From positions 14,002,722 through 14,066,721 of the forward strand of contig OZ037766.1 of assembly GCA_964035545.1 (NCBI GenBank): 64,000 bases of DNA, written 5' to 3'. The translations under genes were made by a program, and so were the position numbers. The stretch is from Bugula neritina. Lineage: Eukaryota; Animalia; Bryozoa. Every line of letters starts with the position of its first letter. Position 1 is the first letter of the stretch. This document shows positions 37,405 through 60,262 of this stretch, in pieces. Below the pieces are notes generated by a model that was not told the origin of the DNA, did no database searches, and was given only the letters and a program-made list of their open reading frames with translations.

Positions 37405-40199
37405 CACCTCCTGCTTTTCGATCTTAAATCAGTGCTCAAAAATAGAAATTATTTTTATCATCTTTCAAGACTAAGTCAGCAACAGTATCATTATGTTTTG
37501 TTGTATACAAATATATACCATGTTTTAACATGCATTTCAGGCTTACCTTGGCCTAGCCAATCTCTTGTATATTTCTCTTTTGTGCAGCAACATGTCATAG
37601 CTAAAGATGCGCAATGATATTATATTTTAGATAATTATATTAAACTATAGTACAAAACATACATTGTGACATATTATAGCTATGACCGTATGTACATATG
37701 CTTTCCTAGAGGCTTACTTACAATGTTTGCATATATTTTGTGAGTTTCTATTCTCATACCCTTATATTAGTAATTTACTTAGTCTTCCGTATTTATTAAC
37801 TTGCTGTAAAAGCAATTGACTAAATATATATTTTATTATAGCAAAATACCTCCTTTCAAGTATTTGTCCATATCTAAAGGTTGCCTGCAATATTTAAACA
37901 TAACTCATGCCCATTAGGAAGCTTTAAATTTTCAGGAACAAAGTGATAGCATTAAATTTTGACCTTTAGAGTTGTCAACAATACACTACATGCCTAGCAT
38001 GCGTGTTTTCAAGTTTCCAAGGAAAATACCACCAATAATAAATGGGTTTCCATGATCATCTTATTCAGAGAACTCTATGGGTAATTATAACTATAATAGA
38101 AATAGAACTACAAACTGATTGTTCAAAAGCCTAGATTAGTTTATAAATGAATTTAGCCCAGTCCTGTAACTAGCAGCTAAAATATAAAAGAGCTTTCCCC
38201 AGATTAACTAAATTAGAGAATAGAAATTAGAATATTATATAAAAGCTATTGAGGTACAGCTAAAGACCTACTGTTTTGTAACTGTCATATGGACAATTTT
38301 TGCATGAAGTTTTGAAGGGTTTAAAACTATTTGTGATTAATGGTTTTGTTGCTTTTGACAACAGGGCACTAAGAGATAAAACATCAATACAATGGTTTGT
38401 ATTGAATACAGCCACAGGTGCTTGACTTTGAATATTGTAAAAAGATGACGATTTCAATAAGATAACAAAATGTCTTCCCATTGCAAAGCTACAGTTGTAA
38501 CTTGTAACACTATATTGGTAAAGTACGTCCTAAATTCCAACAATGACTAAAACTTCAGCAACTAATTTATAGAATCTGCAGGCTGAAGCGATTTTAATTG
38601 TACAGTTGACAGCTGCAGTAATTTAAATAGTGCTGCCTTGATTAAATACTCAACTTCAAGTGCTACATTCTTTGTTTTATTCCATGCATAAAAATTGTAT
38701 TGTGTGAGTAGAAGAGAAAAATGTTGAGCTGTGACTATTCATTAAACTACTGAGTGTAGGACATGGCTAAGTGGTGAATAGGCTGAAATCATTATTTCAT
38801 ATTGTGGCAACCAGTTAACTGAAACATCGGCAGGCCGCTAAAATAAGATACTGCCTATAAATTAGGAACCCAATAATAGCTTGCTCTGTGAAACCATCAA
38901 TTGGAATGTAAGTGCCTCAATTTTTGACTCCAAGCTAACAAAACTTCATAAAGCCCTAACGGAAACACTAACTTAAGTTTAATAGCAAGAAATTTTGGAA
39001 AATTCTTTTTTTTCTATATTGTGAAGGGCTTTGCTTCTTTGCTCAATTGAAGTATATAATTCAATGTTTTAATTATATCATTTTAATTCAGTGCTCTGCT
39101 TTTATAACAACTGATCAAGGCATCAACTGACAAGTTGGGAACACAACTCCAGCAATGTGTATAATCCGCTTCACTTCAGTTAAAATCTTAAATGTAAATT
39201 TGTTAACAATATAAAATACATAGACAGATTATTGACTACTACAAAACCTAAAGCTCTGATTATAGTTAGAGTTTATTAAAAACAAAAAAGTATCTATTAG
39301 TGATTGTCTAATTAGGGCTCAACAGTTCATTAGATATATTATTTTTTTAAAAATCTTATAGCAACATATAACCAAATTACAAAAATTTTAAAAATGTTTC
39401 AATTTGTGTGTGTTAATTTGTTCTAGGATCATAATCAATTTTGCTTTATGCAATTTGTAAGTGTATACTAATTGACAAGGTTGAAATAAATTAGGTTTAT
39501 TCAATGTACAATAATTATTTGATTCACTAGCTATTATGTTTTTTTACAGGTAAAGTCGTATATAAATTAAGTAATATTTTAGGAGGCGTATAGCATTTGT
39601 GAGATACATCAGATTTATGAGAAAACTTTTTTAACTTAGCTAAATAGCTACGCTGTTGGTAGTTGGTACTTAGTAAGCCGAGTACGAAAGCTATTTGTAA
39701 AAAGTTTCGCTAGCAAATTTCACGTCAATGCACCTTATAAGGTAAAGTTGGAAACTTAGGGATCAATAGAACTTTGTTGATTAAGGATTAGATGTAAAGT
39801 AATATGGTAGCAACCCCTTTAGAAAAAAACCTTTCTAATTTACAAGTGAGAGATAACTCTAATACAGTAAGTGTTGTGGCTGGTAAACTGGGTTATGCGT
39901 TTACTACACCTTAAATGTGCAATTGCATAATTGTTTGAAAATAGTTATGCAAACTGGACGGATGAACCATTAGTTTGATGCCATTTCTAAAGCATAGTAT
40001 GTGCTCAAATGAGTATACAGCATTAGTGTTATTTTTTTAGTCAAGCTGAGTCTAGGCGCATGGTCCGATGAAAGATCCCCCGTTTCAAAGATTTTCTTTT
40101 CAAAAGGTATCTTGATTGGCCAATCATGACTGCAGCGTGGTCGATCAACTATTCCAATGTGGGCTATCGAGTATTTATAGTAGAAAGTTGTCGTACGTA

Positions 40200-40460
40200 G
40201 CTGTTTCCAAGCACTTCTGGGTATTGTAATTCTAGTTACTGCTATTCTAATTACTAGGTGTTGGCTATACATTATCTGCTGTATAAAACCAGTATCTTTT
40301 AAACATAATATTAAAATGATAAAGAATGAAAATCGAAATGTCAAGTTCATAATGAATATCAACTTCAAGGCGGTAATCATAATGATAATCTTAATCGTAA
40401 TGATGGTCTTTGTGATTGTCAGTGCCACTATGATTCAACTTTGTTTTATTTTAACTATAA
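40200..40460. repeat. Short degenerate (TNA-NNN)n tract T6 upstream of the CARD-TPR gene
   Basis: TCAAGT TCATAA TGAATA TCAACT TCAAGG; TAATCA TAATGA TAATCT TAATCG TAATGA; TGATTG TCAGTG. Confidence 0.7.
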
Positions 40461-41541
40461 GTAGTTGATTCTATTTATACCTGCGCGAACTACTCGTTTC
40501 CACCGTTGGTGTAGTTGCTAGTGCTTGTTCAGATGCTTCAATTATATTTATGGTAAACTCGAATCATTTCTGAGAAGCGAATAAAATCTGTTTATCCGTT
40601 GCTAGGGAAATGTGCCCTTGCGCATATTTTTAACCAGCGTTTATTTCAAAGAATTATTATTAATTTAATAACTTTCATAAAATGCAGCATAAATTAGCGT
40701 TGTTATAAAAATTGGAATTTTTTTATCAATTTACTTATACACTCATGTTGCTGTTAAGTGCCTACAGGTGCGTACGAGTCTGAGAAGCTTATCGAATTTG
40801 ATGCAGTAGGCGCAGTAGATGATATAAATTATAAACTGTAGTAGTAGCATCAAAGTCCAGTATTCCCTTCATATTTTTATTTTATATTCTTTTTTTAGTT
40901 TTTTAGCATTGTAAGAGAATGTTTAATTGTTTATGTGTCAGAAGATAGAACCTTGTATAAATTATAATGTAGGTGCTTAGAAACATTTGCAATATTGATC
41001 TTATAAATATAAGTAAACAAGTGGGGAGAAAATGTACTTATAATAAATACTGCTACTATAGCTTACTAGTGAGCGCATTATAAGTTAATTCTTGCTAGTT
41101 CACGTGTGTATCAGTACTAAATTGTGTTTAGAAATAACTGTTATATTAAGATATGCATGGTATTCATTATGATTATGTGTTACTTCTTGCTTATTATATT
41201 ATAAATTACACTATACAGTTAGCTACTTATATTTATTTTTTGCATGCATAACCTGTCTATGTACTGCTGAACAATTCTCTTAGGCCTTGTAAAACTCTGC
41301 TATATAATTTATCTGTCAATAACTCTGGTAAAATTCTTTAAAGCAATGCAACGATTTTGCCAGTGGTGTGTAAATAGCCTGTGCTGTGCTAACTAAAATC
41401 AATATTTGTTGCCTTTGAAATGTCACTGTCAAACTTAATAAACTATATGATTATTGAAATTTCTATTCACTACCAGGAGAATTAGATTTAGTTCTGTTAT
41501 GCTTTTATTAGGACCTAGTTTTCTTTCTAACTCTCTAGAAA

Positions 41542-49974
<8,433 letters not shown>

Positions 49975-50835
49975 ATTTGGTCATGCACAACGTCTTTAAG
50001 TTGTAAAAATTAAATGTGATAACTGTTATAGGAAAAAATTATTATTTTTCAGTAGTTGATATTTTCATGTAGTTGTATAATTGCATCTATATAATATATA
50101 TATATATACACGATTGTAATATATGTGATATAAATACTAGAATTGCACACCAAATCTCTTGTAGATATTGATAAAGTCAAGTTAGATGTGATTCAATTGA
50201 GATAGGCAGTCATGGCTTGAGTTAAACCTCTACAAGCATAACCCTTATATTTATAACTATGTTAAACCAATACTTTTGTAATTTACTGATGTATTCAAAT
50301 GATGCGTGTTATATTTAGTTTATAATACCACATTTTATTAGTTTTGTCACTATTAAATAAAAAATAATTGTTTGAAATATTATACTTTTTAATAATTCTA
50401 TTTATTCATAGGGTTCATAACCTTTTGTGCATGTGTGCGTATTGATTTTGCCATTAAGTTTTATTTCTCCACACATGGCCTGGGAAAATTTGAAAACAAT
50501 ATTGCATAATAGAATATATTACTCTCGCATTTCATGTACATAAAGCAAGTTTATGAAACAGATATTGCTACCTCAGAAATAAAATTAATGTTAATTTATG
50601 ATAAATACAAATAACCACAAAACATGGTTAAAACTGCCACCAAATAACAAAATATTTGCGTATTATCTCTGACTATAAGCACGAGTGGTAGAATCCTCTT
50701 ACACTGTCTCACAACAAATGGACGAATAATGATAAAACTATCAAATTAGTTGATAAACTAAATGTTATAATAAAATGCAATATGATAATGCAACATGGAA
50801 TATGGAAACATTGAATGTGTTAATTTGTTCACTTT

Positions 50836-51357
50836 TCACTCAATTTGGGTTTCATTGGCAAAAGCTTTCAGTTCTAATTGATCAAGACATGATTGTATAA
50901 AGTTAACAGCGTCCTTTCTTTTCTGTCGAATTGCTTCATTTCCATTTGCTGCTACACTATCTAGTTTGCATAAATGTCTTATCATCATTTCCTCAAGATA
51001 TTTGTATTCCTTTGAGCTTTTCCCACTAGTAAATGCCTCGATTTTACCATGAATACTTTCAGCATCACTTCTAATTGAAATAATAGTTGCCAACGACGAT
51101 TCACTGCCATCTGATACATTACTTCCACTTTCTGTTCTCAATGATGAACTATCTGCTGTACCTTCATACCCAGTTTGGTGAGAATTAGTAGACACATTAT
51201 CAGGAGGCACTGTTGCAGGATTATTGACCTTTTCTGATGTTTCTAGCTGAGGGGCTTCCCACTGCGTAGTTTGAGTTAAATGGTTTAGATAGTAAGGCCA
51301 ACCTGTTCTGGCATCTATTCTTTTTTCCCAGTGTGGTGGCAACTTCGGCTCATTCAT
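50836..51357 (-). CDS. WW + BAG domain co-chaperone (BAG3-like), 173 aa, single coding exon
   Basis: WW: LPPHWEKRIDARTGWPYYLNHLTQTTQWEAP. BAG: SKEYKYLEEMMIRHLCKLDSVAANGNEAIRQKRKDAVNFIQSCLDQLE. First ATG at 51357; acceptor near 51400. Confidence 0.92.
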   Translation of the reverse strand: MNEPKLPPHWEKRIDARTGWPYYLNHLTQTTQWEAPQLETSEKVNNPATVPPDNVSTNSHQTGYEGTADSSSLRTESGSNVSDGSESSLATIISIRSDAESIHGKIEAFTSGKSSKEYKYLEEMMIRHLCKLDSVAANGNEAIRQKRKDAVNFIQSCLDQLELKAFANETQIE

Positions 51358-52169
51358 ATTTTTGTTATAATTAGGAACCAAAGATTTTATTATTTCAATC
51401 TAAAACAAGAAATACAATCATAATAACTATAATAAATACTTTACAGCAATAGAACCTTAAGCATATAAACTAAATGCTTTTCATTACAGGCTGGGAAAAA
51501 AATTAGAATAAAGTTTTTAAACTTTATATGATTGGAATTTTGCTGAGGTGCTGTAATGGTTGATAAGTCTATTAAGAACTTGTTTTAGAAAGTACTAGAT
51601 TGATCTAAGGAATGACTGCAAACTCATAATATTAGTAGGAGCTGGCACCTTCTTTAGAGCTCCAATTCCTGAATTTTTAACTATACTGTCATGCACTGCT
51701 TAGTACTTGGGTTAAATGCTGCGAACCTTAGGGTTGTTGCTGACTTTTTTCATATTTTTAATTAACAATACTGCCTAGCAATCCTGGATAATTAGATGCC
51801 AGTTCATTCTATCTATTAAAAATACCAGTTTTGTTGGCTTTTGAACTGTACTTCCATCTTACCACGTTGACCTATCTCATCACAGTCACTATTATTAAAG
51901 AATGGTTTGTTTGAGTTCATTACATATGAGCTTGTCAGTAGCCATATTATGTGAAAATGAATATTCATCCAATTCAATTTTGAGTCATTCTTACCATAAC
52001 TTGTCTTTTCATTAAAGATAAAGAAAATGACACCACATACATTATCATTACTATTGCATCAATATAATAATGTTTTGTATAATATTGTATATTGTATAAA
52101 ATTAAATGTAAAATGTATTTACTTTTTCAATATCAACAATGGTAATGATAATCAATTATTAATGAAGTA

Positions 52170-53480
52170 GGGAGAAGTTTTAAACTTAAAGTCTAAGGCT
52201 TCTAGTTTCACTTTTCGAGTTCCAATTATGCGTTACCTTAGCCATTATCTCTGAGTTACTACAGGTTTTCTTTTTATCTGACGGTTCCATATGTCATGAG
52301 AAGGGCTTGAACCCCTGTTTTGTGGCTATGCATGTCTATGTATAGTGACAAAACAGCTGAATTTAACGGATTCGTGAGTTAAATCTGGTATTCTACTATG
52401 TCACAAATTGAGGTTTGGGGACTCATAGCTTAGTGAGATACGGATAGAGCACTGTATAATAATAATTACTATTAGTATGAGTCTCAGTATGAGTATCAAA
52501 AGTTTACTTTTAGATTCCAAGCCCAGAGCAAATAAAAAATTACAAATATATCATAATCATTATGATTATATCTCTTACTAAATTAGTATTACTAAAAGGT
52601 AAAAGGCTTAGCTTCAGGGCTCAGGCTAATCCACAATTGGCCAAAAATAAATTTACTATAATAACAATATTATAATAAGTAAAACCATAAGTATAAAACA
52701 TTTAATTTAATTTTTAATTTTATAACTTACAAAATAAAACTAAAATTGAAAGCCAATACTTTACAAAATATTCAACGACATTGTGTGTAATTATCAACTT
52801 AAATTTATATTTATAAGTTAAAAATTAAAGTTAATAACTATAAACAATAAAAATAATAATATTCATTATAAATATACATATCAGTTATCATTAATATAAA
52901 CATTATGATTAATATAAATATTATTAAAAATAACTATTTTATAACAACTTTTTCATTATTATTATAATGCACTGGTATTCAACTCCATAGTAATATTGAT
53001 AGTGATAGTCACAGTGACTACGGGTACGAGAACTAAATTGAGTGTCAGACTCAGTGTCAGTGTGAGTGAACTGGGTGTGATATTTTTATTTTAAAAGATT
53101 CAGTTTTTACAACTAGTACTACACATCGTAGTACTAGTAGTAGTACAAGGGCCAGGGAAAGGTCAAGATTAAAATCAAAGTGTCAAAACTTAAGTAGTAG
53201 TACATCACCGTCAGTGATCACCATTATCATTATGATTATTAGTATCACATCCAGTCATCATCATTATTATTGATCTAGATTATTCATTAATTATTGACAT
53301 TATGATAATGATTATCATTATGATTATCATTAAATTAATGATTATCATTATCAATATCATTGTGATCGATCTTAAATTTAATTTCATGTGGTTAACTTAT
53401 AGTTATATTATAAGTATAACTAATCTTATTTTGACTTCAACTTAAATAACAAGTAATATAATAAAAATCATTCATCTGAG
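52170..53480. repeat. Degenerate (TNA-NNN)n tract T7 (inferred BAG first intron)
   Basis: e.g. TGATAG TGATAG TCACAG TGACTA; TGAGTG TCAGAC TCAGTG TCAGTG TGAGTG; TGATTA TCATTA TGATTA TCATTA. Confidence 0.85.
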
Positions 53481-53499
53481 CCATATACTGTAGTGTATA

Positions 53500-53810
53500 C
53501 AGCTATAAATATTAATATAATGAAAAGATAAAATTAAGCTAGCGTCATCATCTTTTAGTTTTTCTGTTGAAAGTTTTAACTGATTTACTAAATTGACTAT
53601 GAATATTTATAATGACCTTGGTATTGTAATAATTGTGACCCTGTAGTAAGAAAGATAACTCGATCCCCTATGGTATGTTCGAGACACGCAAGGCAACTTC
53701 AATGATAAGCTCACAGCAGTTTTTCGCGTAGATAACTATACAAATCATCAGATAATTTTTGCATTTGTAGCGTAAACACTTGCGTTTCCGCTTCAGATAC
53801 AAATTATACC
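53500..53810. promoter_or_regulatory. Putative bidirectional promoter (BAG gene / unknown plus-strand gene)
   Basis: Short CpG-containing island bracketed by tracts T7 and T8, between divergent genes. Inferred. Confidence 0.5.
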
Positions 53811-54480
53811 CAACTAAATTACTATATAAGTATAACTATAAAATTAAATGTAACTTTAACTTATAATTTAAATAAGTTACACGACTTCTTTTATATCAAC
53901 ATTGGTAGTATTACTATTAGTATTAGTATTACTATTATTATTTATTTACAGCGATTCTTATAGTTATACTCATTATATTTATACTTATAGTTAATGTTAT
54001 TATAAATAATAAAAAATCATATCTATTTAAATTTTTAATATAAATATTTATATTTTAATTTATGACTTTTACAGTTTACTTATAGTTATACTTATAGTTA
54101 TTACTATTAGTATTACTAATACTAATAGTAATAGTAATAGTAATACTGCTAGTAGTAGTAGTACTAGTAGTAGTAGTATTACACTATGACTATAGTACTA
54201 GTACTAGACTTATACTTATAGTTAGATATTAAGTTAACTATTATTAATAAATTAATTTAAGTTTTGCTATTAGTCTTAGTATTAACTATAGCTATAACTA
54301 TAAGTATAACTATAACATTAACTATTAAGTAATATAGTATTACTGTAATATTAATACATTTAATCTATTACTATTAGTATTAGTATAACTAGAAGTATTG
54401 TTATAAGTATGACTAATACTATTAAACTATAGATATATTTTTGTTACTTATTAAGTGATATTATTGCATTTAACTTTGAT
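53810..54480. repeat. Degenerate (TNA-NNN)n tract T8
   Basis: e.g. TTATAG TTATAC TTATAG TTATTA; TAATAC TAATAG TAATAG TAATAG TAATAC; TAACTA TAAGTA TAACTA TAACAT TAACTA. Confidence 0.85.
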
Positions 54481-57400
54481 AGACATAGTTGCTTGTTTCT
54501 TAGATATGTATAACATTAACTATAGGTAATTCAAGTTAGTTATATTTAGTAAATATGTATATGATGGTTAGAAACTATGCTGAATTTCAGTATAGTTGTA
54601 CTTGCAGTTATCATATAAAATGTTTTCTTTTATTTAATTGAAGTTTTCACTTTTAGTTGTAGTTATAGCTATAAAGTTTAGTTAGTATTTTCACAATCTC
54701 TCTCAACCATGGCTCATTCACTCTCTGTCATAGCTTGAGTGAGTGACTAAGAAATTTAATTCTCCTATAGTTGTTGCAGTTAAGTGGATCTCCCTTCTGG
54801 GGTGTTATTTTGCCCCTTCTCTAAATTAATGGTATTTCTTTTTTTCTGAACTTCTGCTAGGATTGGCATCATTCATTGTATGTTTAACTGCTTTAATGGC
54901 CTCTGTTAGAAATTTGTTTAGACCAGGAGTTTTGTTGGCCATCTATTGATTGATCTCTTTCAATGTTACCGCACTATGACCAGTATTATAAAAATGATAT
55001 CAATATGAATATCATATGGGTTCATAATTATATTTATCACTTTATGCCTCTTGAATTTAAGTAATGTAGTTATTGTGTTATAAGTTTAGTTGGGATCACA
55101 GCCACAAAAATTAGATTGGATGAGGATTTCTTAACGGCAATGGGATAGATCTGGAAACAACTTAAGTTCTCTAATACGATTTAGGCAGCCCAAAAGTGCA
55201 TTCAAATAAATTGGAATTAAATTACAGTGATTTTGTAATTATCTTGATTTTAGCTATAGCAAATAAATCATGCAATTCAAATTCATTGCAATAAATTGCA
55301 TTTCGGTTATAGTAAATATATTAGTGTATTGCATTACAATCAAGTAGAAGTAAAAGTTTGTTGAATGACTGCTTTCAGGCTAGAAGTATTTGTCAGTGTA
55401 GAACAGTCATTTTTAGCAACAATAACAGTAGTTGTTCACTCCTGTTGCTTAAGCATTACATTAACTGTAGCTACAAAATGTTTGAATGGTAATGGTTGTA
55501 GCCTGTCAACTTGCTCACCACATACCCCTCTTCTAGTGCAACTAGCATAAGCGCATATTATTTGTTTGGGTAACAGGTTTTACATTTTGAAGAACGCTCA
55601 TAACTTTTTACAGCACAGAGCAGTTAGCTATATTGTTGTAATTGCAACAATTAGTTTAAATAAACATACACAAAATAAAATTTACTATTTGTATTTTAAC
55701 TCCAGTATTTTAGCTTGGTTATAGCAATCTTTTCCCAAGTAAATATGTTCACGGCAATTTTTAAGTTTTCATTTTGAAATTTTATGGTGGTTAAAGTAGT
55801 GCATTGATTCACTCAAACATGTTGACTCTCACCTTAAATCAAGCTTAGCATTCACTGGGGGCCATTTCTATTAGGTAATACTATTTCAGGTTGACAATGG
55901 CAATGGAAATCGATACAAAAATATTTTAGACTAAATATCATGAATCTCCGATTAGATGAGAAAACTTATGCCTTACTAGTAGATATGTTGCTCATTTGAA
56001 GTTGATAAAACTTGTCTTTTTTGACAAAAGTACATTTGTTTATAAAAAAGTAATTGAAATCTTTACAGGCTTGTGTGCCTAGGCTAGCCACAATGCTATC
56101 TTGCCATAGAGCCTCGTCAATGGTATTTTCTGTTTGAATTATATATTTTCTTTATTCTTTACTTTAGACTAAATGTAGCAAAAAACTAACAAGAAGCAGG
56201 TAAGCATTTAAAAATGGAAAAAAAGCAATAATGCAGTATAAGCAACTACAATTGGAATGAAAGTATATTATTATTAATGTAATTGTATTAAAATATTTTA
56301 TAATTGGCTACTTTGACATTTATAGTTTTTATGAAAAGGTGTAGCTTCTACACAAGTTTCCTACCTCATCAATTGTGTTTTCAATAACAATTTGTAATAT
56401 TATTTTCTTTTAATTACTTATAAATATTTTTAAAAAGGGATTCTTCTAATACATTTTTAGGGAGTATAATTTAATTGAAATTATCTATAATATAATTAGA
56501 TAATTTAGGAACTTGTGGGGACGTGCAATTCACTTAAACAATTTCAACTTTAGTTGTATAGAGTTGAAGTATATAATTAGTTTGTTGAAAAAGATAAAAT
56601 CAGTCATGTTTCACTCATATGACATACTATCATCTTATATTGCAATAATTGCAAGTGTGAACAAAATCCAAAGATAGATTTTGTATTTGTACTAAATTTA
56701 TGAATTTATTTTTTGTTTACTTATTCTTAGTTTATTTGTTTAAATGTTTTCATGTGCTGAGTTTGGAAGACTGAGAGCATGTACCTATTGTGCTCAGGTT
56801 TGTTGCTGAGTGTGTTACCTTCCCTTTTAGTAAAAGAGTTTTAGTGTTTCTTATTCAATGTTCCCAGCAGCAATCCTGATTAAATTATAGTTGTATCAAT
56901 ACACTTGTCTATAAAAGGCATTGCTTACTATGTTTTCTATATAAACAAGTGTTAAAGATTGATTATGAATAGATATTTCATGCCCCTGTACCTTTCCATT
57001 CAATTAGCACAAAGTTGATATTTTGTGAAAATTAATGTTCTTCGGTGTTTATTCATTGCCCTAAATGTTTCCATTGGACAATGGTGTGATAATTTGCTCA
57101 TTCTCACTGCAAGTACTACTTACTTGTCAATGTCTGACAGAATAGGGGCGTGGCCTATGCAAAGAAGCATTTTGTGAATGTTGATGTATTATTGTATTAT
57201 AGATACTTTAATGACAGTCAATGTTAATGTAGCTCAGTAAATATTAACCTTTTGTCTTCTGTTATTGAGTGGAACATATTGTGACTTAAGGATCGAGAAA
57301 GCTACTCTGCTGCATTAAGATAACATCAGTAGGTTGACTTGTGCTACTTCTACTAGCAACCCTTTATTCTGTTTGTTTGTCATTGATAAGTATAAAATAC

Positions 57401-60262
57401 AGCTTCCTTTATTCCTTCAGAAAAATCTAGTAAGAAATTGGTCACTGTCGTTCTATGCTAGTATATTATTTTGAGGTTTTTATTACTATTTACAACAAAT
57501 CTTTAAAGTGAGAAGCATGTAAGTATTTTAGAATTGTCAATTTTACTTGAATTTGAATTGTTATAGCTGATAATTATGATGTATTATTTTACTTAAATGT
57601 TACTGTATAATTATTATGTTGTCATCACTGTAGGTATCTAGTAATGAAATGATATAGTATTGACTCTAGCATCCTATTTCAACCGTGCTATTTTGCTATT
57701 TCTACTTGAAGCCTAGAGTTGATATCAGCTATTTTACACTACCTTGAAGCACTCAGACTATATATTCACTTTACCTGCTATTGCCTTGCTTTCTTTAAAT
57801 GAATAAGCATAAAAAATAAAATATAGTCACATAATTATAACAATTACCAATATATTTAGTATTTGGTAAATGATTTAATATGTCAATGCAGATAAGACTA
57901 ATTCTTATTAACGTCATCATGTTTTTGCTGGGATAGTTATTTTAGTGTAACATAAATTTTGAATGATGACTGCTTCATTTTGGCACAAGTTACCCCCTTA
58001 ATTTTGAAATATAAATAGTAGCAATTTTGTTGTGAGCTGGTCCAGAAATATAATGGGTTATTTTTATCATTCGAAAATACTTGAACTTTGTTTCCATTAT
58101 TATTATTTGCATTAAATTGGTTGTTGTCAAACCTTGCAAAGTATAATTTTGTAGCAAATTTTTATTGGGTCCATCAGCACTTGTACGCTGCCCTTAATTG
58201 ATTTTTAGAATGGAGTTTGGGTTTCTTTTCTTGTTTTGATCCTATCAATTATTTTAGGTAATCCCAATTTATGAGCCTTAAGTTGAGTCTTAGTAATTGT
58301 CAATTAGTTTTGACAGGATTACAAAATTATTTGCTCAGGCAGTTAATGATCCTCATATATATACAGACAGTTCAACACTTTTAAATCTACCAACTGCTAA
58401 ATACTTTGGGCTAACGGTAAACCAACCATTACCCTTCCACTGAAACACCTTGCTTTTGCTGTTTTTTGTCTTAGTTCTTGGTGAATCATGAGTGGGTTTG
58501 TTTTCCTATGTTGAACACTTGCACTGTGGATAATATATCTAAGTAATATTGGAGCTAGTATTGATAGGCCTACCACTCCTATGTCATGTTTCAAATCCTG
58601 GTCTACAGCATTGTTTACTTGGCTGTTTTGTATTGTTACATTTTATATGCGGCTTAATCAACCATTCATCACCGTGTTATTTCATAAGCAGACTTGCCTT
58701 GATAGCTTGAAGCATAAACGTAATTGCTGCTGTAGCCTTTTTAGCAGAGCTGACTTTTATCATGTTCTATTTAGTTGAAAATGAAGCAAATTTATTATTT
58801 TTGATTACACTAAATGTTAACATTAAATGAAGAAATTTAGTTGTTCTGCTTCAAAATGCCATATAAAAACAGCTGTGCTTTGTTAGTGCCACCTCTCTCC
58901 TTATGTATTATATCCTACGTGTTGCAATTTCAGTAAATCATGTTCCTATAACTTTGATGCGCTACTTGCATGTAATCTATGTATCCATAATAATTTATTA
59001 TGTTAAACTTGTAAATTTGCCATGCTTAACTTACATTGACACATGCTTTCTTGTCTCTTACTGTTGCTATGCGTTCATATCATGTTAAGTGTCACCGTGG
59101 TTACGAAATCATTCTCTGTTATACTCCATTATGTCTTTAAAAGACCTAACTCTGGGGTGATACCAGTTTTAAATACTTTCATATTTTGAAGTTCATTTTA
59201 TAGCAATACAATTCAAACCCTAATTTATAAGTTTAGAATAATTCAATCGTGCAGAAGTATAGGCTATATAACTATTGCTAGTAGTCAGTAACCTTATGCA
59301 AAAGTTTGAATAATTTATTTAAATGGTTGCACAACTTCCCCCACTCTCATAATTTGCTTTGTGCTTATACACACTCTACTTGTTTTCAAACTAATATACA
59401 ATATATACAATACCTTTAGATAAGGTGTGATGTAAACCTTATTTGTGTTAAATATACTGGTAAGTTATCATCTATCTAACTAGTTGCTAGTTTGATTTAC
59501 TGGTTTATTGATTACTTATTGTTATTGAACCAGATAACTTGACCAATTTTTATCTTGTAGGTATTACTATTGTATCTATAGTTTTGTATCATCATTAGAT
59601 TCATTGTTAGAGCTTCCAATTTTTCCCTATAAAACTTTCTAAGGTGTTGTGTTTTTCTAGTTGGATTATGCCACTCTCACCAGTAAACTATACTGGTATC
59701 GTGGTTTCAAAGAACATTTTATAATTTAGCACACAAGCAACTTTTACAGGTGCCCATTTTTGACTAAATGAAACTAACACTTAGATCTGAACCATCACCA
59801 TCCATCCTAACTTGACTGCTCTCTTTGGTGTAAAGACATATTTGACTATTTTATTCATTTTTCAATAACCTAAGTGTAGTTTATGTTAACAAATGAGTAA
59901 TGATGTACTTCTATATATATATTAAATAGTAAAGTATGCTCTTTTCAGCTGTAATACCTTGATGGTGGTGTTCAAAGTTCAATCATAATTTCCATCACCT
60001 CACTACATTGCAGTAATGTAACATACTGTACTATTGCAGCATGTAGTAGCACTACTAGTATATATTATTATGTTAACTATGAGAAATACCACACAGCAAC
60101 TAACTAAACTCTAGAGTAATTCTGGATTTCGGGACATTAAGAGATTCAATTTTTAATTTAGCTATAAATTTCTGATGGATGACTCATTTTTGCAGAACAA
60201 GTATATTGATGTCTGAAGGAAGAAAACAAGTATGAAGTGTACACATTTATTATAAGGACACT

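Noticed and set aside
39970-40428. 152-aa minus-strand ORF; also 24413-24598 and 32099-32284
   Set aside because: Ile/Thr-rich pattern arises from the TNA-periodic tracts; no domain or splice support.
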